This document shows positions 1 to 10,319 of a stretch of 64,000 bases of DNA, piece by piece (position 1 is the stretch's first letter; each line of letters starts with the position of its first letter). Both the position numbers and the translations under genes were made by a program. Under the pieces are notes generated by a model. The model was not told the DNA's origin. It saw nothing but the letters and a program-made list of their open reading frames with translations, and searched no databases. Source of the DNA: Pseudomonas phage vB_PaeM_GXNNA8; sequence record PV400810.1; one strand, written 5' to 3'.

Positions 1-1117
1 CATACACAGCTGTAGCAGGGTGCATCTTGCGCCGGATGCATTCCAGTTCGTATTCATTCAAATCAGGCCAAGGGGTCTCGTCAGACTCCCGCTTGAATTG
101 AAGGTCTTTAAAGGCGGATCTCGGGTTGGTGTTACTCAGGGACGTCAGGATGCCTGTTGTCCCTACCTGTGTTGCTCTAGAGGCCTCCGCCAATGAATTA
201 TACACCGTGATTTCACCGGTGAAGACATTCCGGGCAAGGATCTTCTTACCCACAGGGGGTTTATAGTCCCAGATCTCTTGGAAGTCACGTTTATCTCCCT
301 CCCGACGAAGAACGTACCTGTTCTTGTACACCGAGCGAGGACGTTTGAGCACCAGACCAATACACCAAGAATCCACCTCCATGGTTCTGGCAAACTCATT
401 TTGACTGACGTACTTAAAGACTTGACCTAATTCCCTGTCAAAAACCTCCAGGGGATTATTGTCCGCTCTCGCTTCTTGATTGTTGCACGCTTTGAAGGAG
501 TTGTCCTTAGCGGTAACCCAAATCAAGTTAAAGAGCTTGAAGTTCATCTTGTTACCGTCATTATGATCGACCATTAGCTTGGGGTAGCCCTTAGGCGGCT
601 TACCGAAGGTCTCCGCCAGTAGCCGGTGGACATACTTGCGTTCATCCCCACTGACCACATCCAGTCGAACAAAGGGGTAGAAACTGTCCACAATGACCTT
701 ACCACCCAGATACGGTGGGTAAAGATTCTTTCTAAGTGTTCGGTATACCACACCGTCTCGGTTGATTGCGTTGAGTTCAAACCCAGGGATGTAGTAGTAC
801 CCAGAGAGTTCAGGGTAAGGGATGCCCTCTTCAGGATAGACCAAGTAAAGGTTATCCGCTGCAAAGTTTTCTGCATCGTCATCCAGAAAACCTACTTTCA
901 CCTGTTCCCATTCAGAGATAGGAAGGTGGAACTTTCCTTCTCCATGGAGGATCATTAATCCCAGTTTGATCTTAACCAGTTCGTCTCCATCGCCCCGTGC
1001 GATGAAGAACGTGTTCCCGTCTGCCATCCGATGGACCGGAACATCCGTCTTATCAGTGACATTGAAAACTGTGTTGGTTGTAGACAACACGTATTTCTTT
1101 CCAAAACACGTTAACAT
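1..1117 (-). CDS. HNH homing endonuclease; 5' part of the gene (ATG at 1117), C-terminus runs off the window start
   Basis: Minus-strand translation from ATG 1117 is open all the way to nt 2 (372 codons, no stop), which is why the ORF track does not list it. AAGGAG sits 7 nt upstream. Contains VHRLLAETFGKPPKGYPKLMVDHNDGNKMNFKLFNLIWVTAKDN, a classic HNH motif (H..VDHxDGNK.NN...NL). Confidence 0.7.
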   Translation of the reverse strand, partial: MLTCFGKKYVLSTTNTVFNVTDKTDVPVHRMADGNTFFIARGDGDELVKIKLGLMILHGEGKFHLPISEWEQVKVGFLDDDAENFAADNLYLVYPEEGIPYPELSGYYYIPGFELNAINRDGVVYRTLRKNLYPPYLGGKVIVDSFYPFVRLDVVSGDERKYVHRLLAETFGKPPKGYPKLMVDHNDGNKMNFKLFNLIWVTAKDNSFKACNNQEARADNNPLEVFDRELGQVFKYVSQNEFARTMEVDSWCIGLVLKRPRSVYKNRYVLRREGDKRDFQEIWDYKPPVGKKILARNVFTGEITVYNSLAEASRATQVGTTGILTSLSNTNPRSAFKDLQFKRESDETPWPDLNEYELECIRRKMHPATAVY

Positions 1118-1199
1118 CTTTACAACTCCTTATGGTCGAATGCGAACACTTCCGCATACAATAGGAGTTGTATAGTGAGTTTATATCATGCATCACTAT

Positions 1200-2645
1200 C
1201 TAATCATGGTCACTGTCGAGCAAAGCTTCTCTAGAGGGGTCTACGGACATGGCATCGAAGTAATCGGGATGGACTTCACGTTTAGGGAACCGTTTACAGG
1301 TTTCCCGTACACCCCAATCAATCGGATTACGAATGACCCGCTGACTCGCATTGGTGGTGGTACGTAGGTTAACCTTAGCCGGGAAGATAGAGCCAATTCC
1401 CGTAATGGGATACCGGGTTTGTCCCGTAATCTGTTCTTCGATGACACTGTGGCAACTCAAGTAGAAGAGTTCCATGTAGGTGATAGGTTTCACCCATTTA
1501 CGGTCTTTCCCTTGAGGGAGATCGTTGATGTCATGGAGAACACACACATCAGTCCCATCATCATAAATGAGGGCTAAGTATTTCCACTCAATGACAATGG
1601 GTTTACTCCGTAGGGAGGGATCAGCAAACCCGTTGAAGAGTTTCATTAACCCGGTGGCGGTGGTCCATTTCTCTACCACTTCAGGGGAGACTTCAGCGTA
1701 TTCGTATTCCAGGGTCTTGGTATTCACCAGCTTAGCGGTTTGAGAGCTGGGGGTGAAGATGTTGGAGAGGTAACCGTTGGTTAACGCATTGATGCAGACA
1801 TAAGGGAAGTTCAGTAGGGCTTGGTAGAGCCCCATGTCCGCAGAGTTAGGACCTACACCGTCGTCGAAGTCTAAACGTGTCCTGGAGACTTTACGGGCGG
1901 TAATGACATTCCGGGTGCTGTTGTGAACCCCCCGGGTGGACATACGACGCTGGAGAACACCCCCTTTCCCTTGGAGTAAACCAAAGAGGTAATTATCCAA
2001 TTCCAAGAAAGCATTCTGTACCCCCCACCGAACGGTATCGTAAAGGGGGTTCAGGGCATCTTCCTTATTCCCGAGGATCACCCTCACCCGGAACATTAAG
2101 GCGCGGTAGAATTCAGTGATCTCAGGTTCGGTATGGGAACCATCCGGATTGAATTGGATATCCCTGAGACCCGCGGGGATGACCAGGACCTTATCCGTTA
2201 ACGCTGTCTTACGGAATTGGTTCGCCAGTTCTACCCGTTGTTTGCGTTTATGGGAGGGGGTCAGGGAGAAGACAGTTTCATCGAAGTGTTTCAGGAAGAA
2301 GGCGAAACCCTTTTCCCCTTCCAGGATGTTCGATTTTATGAAATCCTTCAATTCGGGATCCCATACCGCGTATTCCGATCCTTTCAAAATTGAATGATAC
2401 AGACTTTTGATCTGTATAAGGGCTTTTAGGTAAGTGGGATTGAAGATGGGAAGTTTAACGTCGATATACGCTTCCGTGTTATCGCGTTGTTTACTACCCA
2501 GTTTACCGAAGATGTCAAGGGAGAAGAGACCATCATCATTGAGGTTCTGAGTCATCCCTTCAAACGAGTCCGTAGACGTAATAGGTTTAAAGACACCCGG
2601 AACAATCGTCCGGGGGTCTAAGAGGGTAATGTTAGTCGGTTTCAT
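1200..2645 (-). CDS. Multisubunit RNA polymerase beta-prime-like subunit, N-terminal fragment (split RNAP of the phiKZ type)
   Basis: 481 aa. [32 protein letters not shown] aligns with bacterial beta-prime [53 protein letters not shown] aligns with [33 protein letters not shown] aligns with VGP..[22 protein letters not shown] lies about 115 aa downstream, at the spacing of NADFDGDQMAVH, but is diverged. Confidence 0.55.
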   Translation of the reverse strand: [481 protein letters not shown]

Positions 2646-2675
2646 ACGGTTTCCTTATGCGGGAGTGCATTAACA

Positions 2676-5600
2676 ATGGCGGATAATACATTCGATGATT
2701 TCGATTGGGGAGAGGATCCCTTTACTGGGGATATTGATTTCGATACCGATTTCGATGGGAAGAAACCGGGGTTCATTCGTTCGGTAGCAACCGGGTTTTT
2801 GTCAGGAGTAGTGAATCAGACAGTAGGGGACACCGATGCTCGGTTGAACACCCTGAAGATGGTCCTCCCTAAGACCTGGGGGACTGCCTTTACGACGGCG
2901 TCGGATATTAACCGTCGTCGGAGAGAGATCGTAGACGAACTTAAACGTGAAAGCTACGACGCAGTCGTGGACCTCCAATACTTGGCTAAACGGGGTGGTG
3001 ATAAGTTAGGTAAAATAGCTCCTAATAAGATCACCGGGGGTGTGGCCAGTGGGCTGACTCGGTTTAGTCAGAATGACTTCAGCAGTTGGAAGCCGTATAC
3101 GTCGTCGGCGAGTGACACCCCGTCCATGGAAAATGTGGACGAAAATGATGTGAAAGACCTGCTGGGGAGTGAAGACGCCAACTCCCTGTTAGAGCGGGAA
3201 ACGGTCATTGGGGTGGGTGAAAGTATTACCGCCATGATGACCGAAGTAGGTGGCCGCACCATTGGGGGATTGAATACCCTGAACCTGAGTATTGGGCGGA
3301 GTAACCAACTGCTGGAACAAATGGTGAATTACCAACGTAAAGTTCAATTGAGAAATGATACCCTCAAGGTGAACCTGTTGGCACGTTCCTATTTGACCAG
3401 CGCGAAGTTCTACAAGTTCATGGAAGCCAGTAATCACCGGATGATTGCTGAACTGAAGACCATTGCCCTGAACTCCGCTAAGAGTGATTACGAAAAGACC
3501 ACCCACAGTCAAGCGATGCGTAAGAGCATTCGGGAATCGGTCTTCAATACGGTTAAAGGCTCCTTTGGAGGAATACGGGAGTTTATTAACGAGCGGTTCG
3601 GTAAGGATGCGCGAGGGGACGGAATCCGAGGTGCAGGTGACCTGATTGGTGCTATGCGCATGGCGGCGGAGATGTCGGAAGGCATGCCGCTCAACGTAGG
3701 GACCATGGTGGGTAACGTTGCAGCCCAAATGTTCATTAGCAACCTCCCCCGGATGATCAATTCCCGGAAAGGGAAGGAATACGTTGCTAAGTTCAAGAAA
3801 CAATTCCCGGAACTGGGGAAATGGGCGGATAACGCGTACGCGCAACTCACGGACTTGGGTAACGTAGCGTCGTATAACCTCAGTAATGCGGAAGGGATGG
3901 TCAATACCCTTTCGGAATACCACAACTGGGGATCCTCGTTTGACGAGGATGGGGACTACGAACAATACCTCAGTACGCTCCGTTCAGGTCAAAAGCCGTT
4001 GGGTAAAGTGGAATGGACGGTTATTAATACCCTGAAGAAAGGGGCGAATAAAGGCATGGCGGGGTTGTTGGATGAGATGTACCAACCCACCGGGAGTCGT
4101 TACAGCCTAAAACGTCGGGGGTTAATGGATGCCCACGAACCGGAGATCTGGAACAAACAGTCCTCCCGTACCCTGAATGAAGTGATTCCCGAACTGCTCA
4201 GTCACATTCACTTGTCGATTGAAAAGATCCGTACAGGGGATGATACCCTTAAAGCATCGAGTTATGACTACGTGCGGGGTAAGTTGGTCAGCCATAACCA
4301 AAAGGTAGCAGATACCTTTAACCGGGTGATGGATAAAGACCAATTCAAGTCCCAAGCGGATACGTCCCTTCGATTGGTGGATTCCATTGACCCCAATAAG
4401 GAATTGTCCAACGAAGCCCGCCGTGTATTGGCGATGCAACTGGTTCAGAATGCGGATAAACGGAAAGGGTTCAGTCCGTACCTGTACATGAACTTGGAGA
4501 CCAAAGGAGTTAACCGTCAGGTAGCGGATGAAATCCGGGAATTGTTCCAACGGAATTTTGATATTACCCCGGAAGCCTTTACGGCCTTTAAGGAGGGCAG
4601 TACCCTGGACCGGGCGAGTGCTATTGCTCGTCTTCCCACAGAACAAGCCCGAGAACGCGCCGCTAAGTTAACGGAACAATCCAACCTCCTGGGTCGGTTT
4701 ATGCCTGACATTGCCGAACGCGTCGATATGTTGCGTTCGTCCGGGTATTACAACGTCATGAAAGAAGCTGGCATCATCAAGTCTGAAAATGGCCACGATG
4801 AAGTCAATATGGACACCTTCCGGAACGTCCTCCAGTCCTTCATTGACAACCCTGACCGTGCTATGACGTATGACAACCCTCTGGAAGAAGCGGTGCGTAA
4901 GACCCGTTCCTTTGGCAGACGAGGAAGAGGACGTCGAGACGCCGGAGGTGTGATTGCGGCTGAGAACGCTCAGTTGAATGAAACCCTTCAGGGTGTACGG
5001 GAAACTTTGGATAAACTCGGGGCGCATATTGAGCAGGGAGGTGTAAGTCGTTCGGGTCTTACGGATCCGTCTTCTCTGTTCACCGCTCTGAACGACCAGG
5101 TGACCCAAGGGAACAGCCTGCTGGGTAAACTGGTAGAACTGGGAGGGAACCGTAACGATATCCTCACCAAGATCTTGGAACGTCAACCCTACGAGAAAAC
5201 CACCCCTGAAGCTGAAGAGGTCATTCAACAACAGAAACGGAGTATTCTGGAACGGATTAAGAGTACGTCGTTTGGGGATCTGTTTAATAAGGGAATAGAC
5301 AAACTCCTGGATAACCAACCGTTGGTACTGGGTGGCTTACTGGGTGGATTGGCGGGTATGGCGATCTACAACCCGAAAGGCGCTGCGTTGGTAGGGGGTG
5401 GCTTGGCGCTAGGGATGGCGTATAACAAGTTGCGTGCCAGAGCGGCTGCTCGTCGAGCCGAGGACACGGAAGACCTGTACGAAGAAGGGTCCGATACCCC
5501 GATCCTTGAATCCTTTAAACTCTTTAAGGGTGAGTATCTGGATATGCTCACCGGGAAGATCATTCAGGGGTGGGATCAGATTACCGGGAGTATTAAAGAC

Positions 5601-8600
5601 CTGGCCAACGGAGCCGTTATTGGCGCTAGCCGCTTAGCGGGTAAACTCTTTACCGAAGACAACAAGGAAGTATTCCTTAAAGGCCTGAATAAGGTGCGGG
5701 ATCTCTTTATGAAAGCCTTTAACTGGCTGGATCCCGTTAACCGAGTGAAAGGGCTTTGGGATAAAGCTCGTACACGTCTGTACCGGATGGATATTTACAT
5801 TGAAGGTGAAGACGAACCGGTTTTGCTGGGGAGTCGCTTTGGTAAAGGTCAATACTTCAAACGGAGTGGCGACGGGTTCGTTGAACTCCAGGGATGGGAT
5901 GAGATCGATGGCCCGGTGTATGACAAGGAAGGGAATACCCTGATCACGGCTGAAGAATACGACCGTGGACTTAAAACCTCCATGGGGACCAGTATCAACA
6001 AGCTGGGTGCAGGGCTTAAACAAGCCGGACAGTTCGGGTTGGATCTCTTTGGTAAACTGAAAGACCGTGCGGGCGGGTATGCGAAAGGCATGGGGGGTCG
6101 GGTTAAGAATCCGTTCAGTACGGATCACTCTCCGGTGGTCAATTCCGTGGATCGGATCTATTACCTCCTCTTGAAACATTGGGGGTATAACTCACCGGAT
6201 GGTAGCCCCAATCCCTTTACTCCTCCAGTACCAGGTTCCCAAGATGCCCCAGAGGGCCCTCCAGGGTCCCTAGGAGATCGAAACGATCTTACCCTCACCG
6301 AAGCCCTTATGGAAAAGAATCCAGCGCTTAAAGACGCCCTGGAGCGCTTTAGAGCCGCTAAAGGAAAAGCGGGTGCGGGGGACAACACCGATCGGTTCCG
6401 TCGGTCAGCGTCGACCAGTGATACCACCCGAGCTAACTCACTGGCCGACCGCACGCAAAAACTCCAGGAAGAGAAAGACAATACCGTTAAGAATGCCATC
6501 ATCTCGATTGCTGAAAACTTCGGTTTCGGTATGAAGGATGAGAAAGAACTCGGTAAGAAGAAGAAGTTCGGTATCTTCGGTCTCCTGAGCAGTTTGGTAG
6601 GAGGTGTTAAGAAAGGCTTCGAGTGGTTGACCAGCTTCCTGGGTTCTAAGGTCCTCTGGAGCGGGTTCAGTGCATTGTTTAAGTTCGGTCGTATGGGACT
6701 TAAACTGTTGCCGATTATCGCTAAGGGCGTCGCTGGTGGACTCGGTGGGTTATTGAATGGTCTGGGTGGACTCGGACGCTTGGGTAAACTGGGTGCAGGA
6801 CGCGCCGGTTTGATTGGCGCAGGTGCATTGTCTGCGTACGAAATGTACCAGGTCGCTACTGACGAAGAAACGAAGAAACTCGATACCACCGACCAAATCC
6901 TTAAAGTGGGTAAAGCCGGTAATAGTCTTTACCAACAAGTGGGTGCCACTGCGGGCTTACTGGGTGGACAGACCATTGCGAAATGGATTCTGGAGAAGGT
7001 CAAAGGAAAGAGTCCCACTACGGATGCCCTGGGGTCTTCGATGTACAGTCCCTTTGGAGTGATGTTGGGGACTTCTAAATGGGGATGGGATTCCCTGTTT
7101 GGTTCAGGTAAGGGGAAACAAACTGAACTACGGATGGTTCAGTACGGTCTCTCAGATCCTCACGGTCCTCTGGCGGCTAAAATCCTCAACGTTGAGAACC
7201 TGCTAAAAGACCATGTGGTGATTGGAAATGGGCGTGCGTCGCTGTCTAAGCAAGCGCCTATTGAGGAAGTCCTTCGTCTCTTCGTGGGTGATCCTCAAGA
7301 CCGTAATGAAATTGGTGAAGTCTTTACCTGGTTCAATGGACGGTTCAAACCCGTTTACTTGACCTACCTGGCCTGTTTGGATGCGGTTAAACTGAGGTCG
7401 TTGAAGGACTATGACGATTCGTCTGACTTAATCGTGTACAAAGTGGCTAAGCAAGCCCACAGTGCCCTCAGTGGGTTGGTGCCTTCCCCGTACCAGATCG
7501 TAGCTAAGATTGACAAGGAGACTCCTCTCCTTGATCAACAAATGACGATCATCCGGGTGGGTAACCTCCTGGAGGCTCTGAAGAAGTACGTCGGGGCTAA
7601 AGATCCCACCATTGATCCCTTTGCCGTTTCTACGGTTAAAGGCCAAAGTCTGGAGTCCCTCCAGAAGGAACGGGTTCAACTGGAACGGAGGCTGGAAGAC
7701 CGCAGTACTCAGTGGAAAGACTTCGGGGAGAAGATGGAGGCCACCGATCGCCTGAAGGAGGTTAAAGGTGAAATCGATCGGTTAGGGAAAGCGTATACCG
7801 CCAATGCGGTTGTCGGTCAGATCTATATCCAAGACCTGATGCCAGATGGTAAAGCTCTGGATATGCTTACTGCTATCCGGGTGGCTACCTACGGGAATGA
7901 TAAGGATGTCCCCTGGCGGGTCGAAGCTGTCCTCAAGTTGGAACGTCATTGTGAATCCCTGTTTATGGCGAAAGGGGATGACATGGTGTTCAAGGGCAAC
8001 ATAGGTGAACTCTTCGGTCGGTTCAAGGACGCCTTCCGGGTGGATGATCGGTACGTGGATGCCTGGTGCAAGTGGTTCAGGGATCGGTTCCTGCCGGTAC
8101 TGACCAACTACATGACCCTGATGAAGAAATACCGTCGGGGGCTACCGGGTGTGGTTTGGAGAACCCTTTCCGCCACCGCACGGTATGAGATCGCCAAGGA
8201 ACTGACTCAAACCCAAGTCAATGGTGTCTTTGGCTTTACCATTTCAGTCTGGAACGTACGGGCGGCACCCTTCGCCTGGGAAACCTCTCCAGGGCGGTCG
8301 GATAAAGTTGACAGGATGTTGAACCTCTTGGGGGAAGCGTCGGTAGAAGCTAAACTCAAAGACCCTGAATTGGAAGCGGGTAAGACCAACGCCCAAACCT
8401 GGGCTGAGAAAATCAGTCCTCACCGGGTAGGGGGTGGGTTCACCGACCAACAGGCGAATGTTTCTACCCCGGAACAGTTCCGGTCTCGGAGAGATTCTGC
8501 TCTAGGAGGGATGTACGGTACCTTTGGCGGAGACGCTGGGAATACGTACAGTAGTGACGGTCGGTTCAGAACCCCTGAGAATGCTTTTGGCTTCACGCCC

Positions 8601-10307
8601 ATTACGGGTGATTCGGACACCAGTCATTTGGATATGACCGGTGTGCGTACGAACCAAGGAACGGATCGAGGGGTGAGTGTTCCTAAACCGTTGGCGGAGC
8701 AGTTGATCATCCGTGAGATGCTGAAACAAGGTTTTACGGATCCCCGTGAAATCGCTGAAATGCTCGCCCTTACCAACTACGAGTCTTCAGGCTATTCCCG
8801 GACCACTGAGAACATGAAGTACAGCAGTCCGGAACGCTTGGTTCAACTCTTCAGGGAAGTGAAGAGCATGGAACAAGCGAGAGCCCTCGTACAAGCCGGT
8901 GAAGTGGCCATCGCCAATACCGTGTACGGTGGGGGTAAAGGTGCTTCCTTAGGGAACAGGGAAGCTGGTGATGGGTACCGTTACCGAGGGCGTGGGTTTA
9001 TTCAGCTGACGGGTCGGGCTAATTACCGGAGGGTTGGGCAAGAGCTGGGTATTGATCTGGAGAACAGACCAGAGCTGGCCAGTAACGATCCGAATGTCAT
9101 GGCAGCAATTGCGGTGAACTTCTTCAGGAACTCTAAGCTCTTGAGGAGTATTAGCCAAACCGGTGACTTCGGTAGAGCAGCCACAGGGTTGAATGGAGGT
9201 AATCCGTTACCTGAAATGCCTCAGCGCTACGCGCTCTATCTGAATTACCTGAAGAAACTGCAAAGTGGTGAACTGACCACAGCTGATAAAACGGCTGGGA
9301 GTGGGTTAGGGAGCCAAACCGGGTCCGACCTGTACGGTCAAGAAACCCCCAGCGAACCCCAGCGTCCTCAAGTCAGTAGACCGGCTCCAGGCGTTGTGGG
9401 TGGTAGTCTGCCGTCCCTGAATGGAACCATGGGAGGCGGAGGGGGACAATACGGGTCAGGTGATAACGGTGGGATGATCGTTAACACCAATACACCGGGT
9501 AGCAGTGGACTGCGCCTGAAATCCCCTGAAGCCATTGCGGGTGGTGAACATCACCCTGCTGTGGAAGAACTGGGTAAAATCATTCAACAGACAGTTCCGG
9601 GTTTCCGGTACTTCTCTGCGCTGAATGACGCCTACCACGTCAATAAGGGGTCTAAAGGCGCTCATCCTAAAGGCCTGGCCTTAGACTTCACCCTGGTGAA
9701 TGGCGCACAAGGAAGTGACCAAGCGGTTGCCATTGTAACGGATATTCTTCGTCGGGCAGGATTGAGCCCTCAGGAATTCCAAGTCATCAATGAATACCGC
9801 AGTCGAACGGCACTCGGTACGGGCGGGCATATCCACGCGGCCTTTAAGTCCCCTGAAGCAGCGAACAAGTTCCTTAACGCTGTACGAGGCGGCCAGTCCG
9901 TGAACGGGCAGGATACCACCGGACTGGGAGGGGGTGTGGTTGGACCGATGCAACGGAACGTTCCACCTACGCCTACTCCCACCTTTGGTAACCCGGCTAC
10001 GGATGTCCCGATCTCGACTCCGAGGTCTAATGAGGGTTCTCCACCTCCCTCTGCACCTCAACCGGTTCCGCCTGCGCCGTCTGAACCTGTTCCTCAGTCC
10101 CCTCGGGGTACCGAGGCGCTTACGACCACCCGTAGTGATGACTCTGCGTTGGTGGCTGAGCTTAAGGCCTCGTTGGGTAAACTGGGTGATAACAGTTCGG
10201 ATACGAACAGTATTCTGGCTGAGATCTACAAGGTACTGGGTCGGATGGCGGAGATGCAAGACAAACAGGTGAATCAGGGAACCGATAAAACCGTCCGTTT
10301 GAATTGA
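2676..10307 (+). CDS. Giant virion/tail-associated protein (2543 aa) with GH19-like muramidase and M15 (L-Ala-D-Glu type) peptidase domains; tape-measure/ejection-protein-like
   Basis: Single uninterrupted ORF. Acidic FD-repeat N-terminus, a Gly-rich segment (GLGGLLNGLGGLGRLGKLGAG) and coiled-coil stretches. At about nt 8700-9250: NYESSG...GYRYRGRGFIQLTGRANY, matching the GH19 chitinase/lysozyme signature (GRGPIQLSWNYNY). At about nt 9540-9860: SKGAHPKGLALDF...GGHIHAAF, matching the M15 zinc-peptidase SxHxxGxAxD...HxH pattern. Pro-rich linkers (PTPTPT, PPPSAPQPVPPAPSEP). Confidence 0.85.
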   Translation: MADNTFDDFDWGEDPFTGDIDFDTDFDGKKPGFIRSVATGFLSGVVNQTVGDTDARLNTLKMVLPKTWGTAFTTASDINRRRREIVDELKRESYDAVVDLQYLAKRGGDKLGKIAPNKITGGVASGLTRFSQNDFSSWKPYTSSASDTPSMENVDENDVKDLLGSEDANSLLERETVIGVGESITAMMTEVGGRTIGGLNTLNLSIGRSNQLLEQMVNYQRKVQLRNDTLKVNLLARSYLTSAKFYKFMEASNHRMIAELKTIALNSAKSDYEKTTHSQAMRKSIRESVFNTVKGSFGGIREFINERFGKDARGDGIRGAGDLIGAMRMAAEMSEGMPLNVGTMVGNVAAQMFISNLPRMINSRKGKEYVAKFKKQFPELGKWADNAYAQLTDLGNVASYNLSNAEGMVNTLSEYHNWGSSFDEDGDYEQYLSTLRSGQKPLGKVEWTVINTLKKGANKGMAGLLDEMYQPTGSRYSLKRRGLMDAHEPEIWNKQSSRTLNEVIPELLSHIHLSIEKIRTGDDTLKASSYDYVRGKLVSHNQKVADTFNRVMDKDQFKSQADTSLRLVDSIDPNKELSNEARRVLAMQLVQNADKRKGFSPYLYMNLETKGVNRQVADEIRELFQRNFDITPEAFTAFKEGSTLDRASAIARLPTEQARERAAKLTEQSNLLGRFMPDIAERVDMLRSSGYYNVMKEAGIIKSENGHDEVNMDTFRNVLQSFIDNPDRAMTYDNPLEEAVRKTRSFGRRGRGRRDAGGVIAAENAQLNETLQGVRETLDKLGAHIEQGGVSRSGLTDPSSLFTALNDQVTQGNSLLGKLVELGGNRNDILTKILERQPYEKTTPEAEEVIQQQKRSILERIKSTSFGDLFNKGIDKLLDNQPLVLGGLLGGLAGMAIYNPKGAALVGGGLALGMAYNKLRARAAARRAEDTEDLYEEGSDTPILESFKLFKGEYLDMLTGKIIQGWDQITGSIKDLANGAVIGASRLAGKLFTEDNKEVFLKGLNKVRDLFMKAFNWLDPVNRVKGLWDKARTRLYRMDIYIEGEDEPVLLGSRFGKGQYFKRSGDGFVELQGWDEIDGPVYDKEGNTLITAEEYDRGLKTSMGTSINKLGAGLKQAGQFGLDLFGKLKDRAGGYAKGMGGRVKNPFSTDHSPVVNSVDRIYYLLLKHWGYNSPDGSPNPFTPPVPGSQDAPEGPPGSLGDRNDLTLTEALMEKNPALKDALERFRAAKGKAGAGDNTDRFRRSASTSDTTRANSLADRTQKLQEEKDNTVKNAIISIAENFGFGMKDEKELGKKKKFGIFGLLSSLVGGVKKGFEWLTSFLGSKVLWSGFSALFKFGRMGLKLLPIIAKGVAGGLGGLLNGLGGLGRLGKLGAGRAGLIGAGALSAYEMYQVATDEETKKLDTTDQILKVGKAGNSLYQQVGATAGLLGGQTIAKWILEKVKGKSPTTDALGSSMYSPFGVMLGTSKWGWDSLFGSGKGKQTELRMVQYGLSDPHGPLAAKILNVENLLKDHVVIGNGRASLSKQAPIEEVLRLFVGDPQDRNEIGEVFTWFNGRFKPVYLTYLACLDAVKLRSLKDYDDSSDLIVYKVAKQAHSALSGLVPSPYQIVAKIDKETPLLDQQMTIIRVGNLLEALKKYVGAKDPTIDPFAVSTVKGQSLESLQKERVQLERRLEDRSTQWKDFGEKMEATDRLKEVKGEIDRLGKAYTANAVVGQIYIQDLMPDGKALDMLTAIRVATYGNDKDVPWRVEAVLKLERHCESLFMAKGDDMVFKGNIGELFGRFKDAFRVDDRYVDAWCKWFRDRFLPVLTNYMTLMKKYRRGLPGVVWRTLSATARYEIAKELTQTQVNGVFGFTISVWNVRAAPFAWETSPGRSDKVDRMLNLLGEASVEAKLKDPELEAGKTNAQTWAEKISPHRVGGGFTDQQANVSTPEQFRSRRDSALGGMYGTFGGDAGNTYSSDGRFRTPENAFGFTPITGDSDTSHLDMTGVRTNQGTDRGVSVPKPLAEQLIIREMLKQGFTDPREIAEMLALTNYESSGYSRTTENMKYSSPERLVQLFREVKSMEQARALVQAGEVAIANTVYGGGKGASLGNREAGDGYRYRGRGFIQLTGRANYRRVGQELGIDLENRPELASNDPNVMAAIAVNFFRNSKLLRSISQTGDFGRAATGLNGGNPLPEMPQRYALYLNYLKKLQSGELTTADKTAGSGLGSQTGSDLYGQETPSEPQRPQVSRPAPGVVGGSLPSLNGTMGGGGGQYGSGDNGGMIVNTNTPGSSGLRLKSPEAIAGGEHHPAVEELGKIIQQTVPGFRYFSALNDAYHVNKGSKGAHPKGLALDFTLVNGAQGSDQAVAIVTDILRRAGLSPQEFQVINEYRSRTALGTGGHIHAAFKSPEAANKFLNAVRGGQSVNGQDTTGLGGGVVGPMQRNVPPTPTPTFGNPATDVPISTPRSNEGSPPPSAPQPVPPAPSEPVPQSPRGTEALTTTRSDDSALVAELKASLGKLGDNSSDTNSILAEIYKVLGRMAEMQDKQVNQGTDKTVRLN

Positions 10308-10319
10308 TCCATCTTAATA

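Noticed and set aside
1171-1180. TATAGTGAGT, a 10-nt match to the reverse complement of the T7 promoter core (ACTCACTATA), about 55 bp upstream of the HNH gene
   Set aside because: A 10-mer match is expected by chance about 0.1 times in 128 kb of two-strand sequence. The flanks do not match the 23-nt T7 consensus and no single-subunit RNAP is evident.
3068-6889. Multiple 60-260-aa minus-strand ORFs (for example 3189-3965, 4668-5318, 6161-6889) inside the giant gene
   Set aside because: They lie entirely within an uninterrupted 7.6-kb plus-strand ORF that carries recognisable enzyme domains. They have low-complexity translations, and I consider them shadow ORFs.
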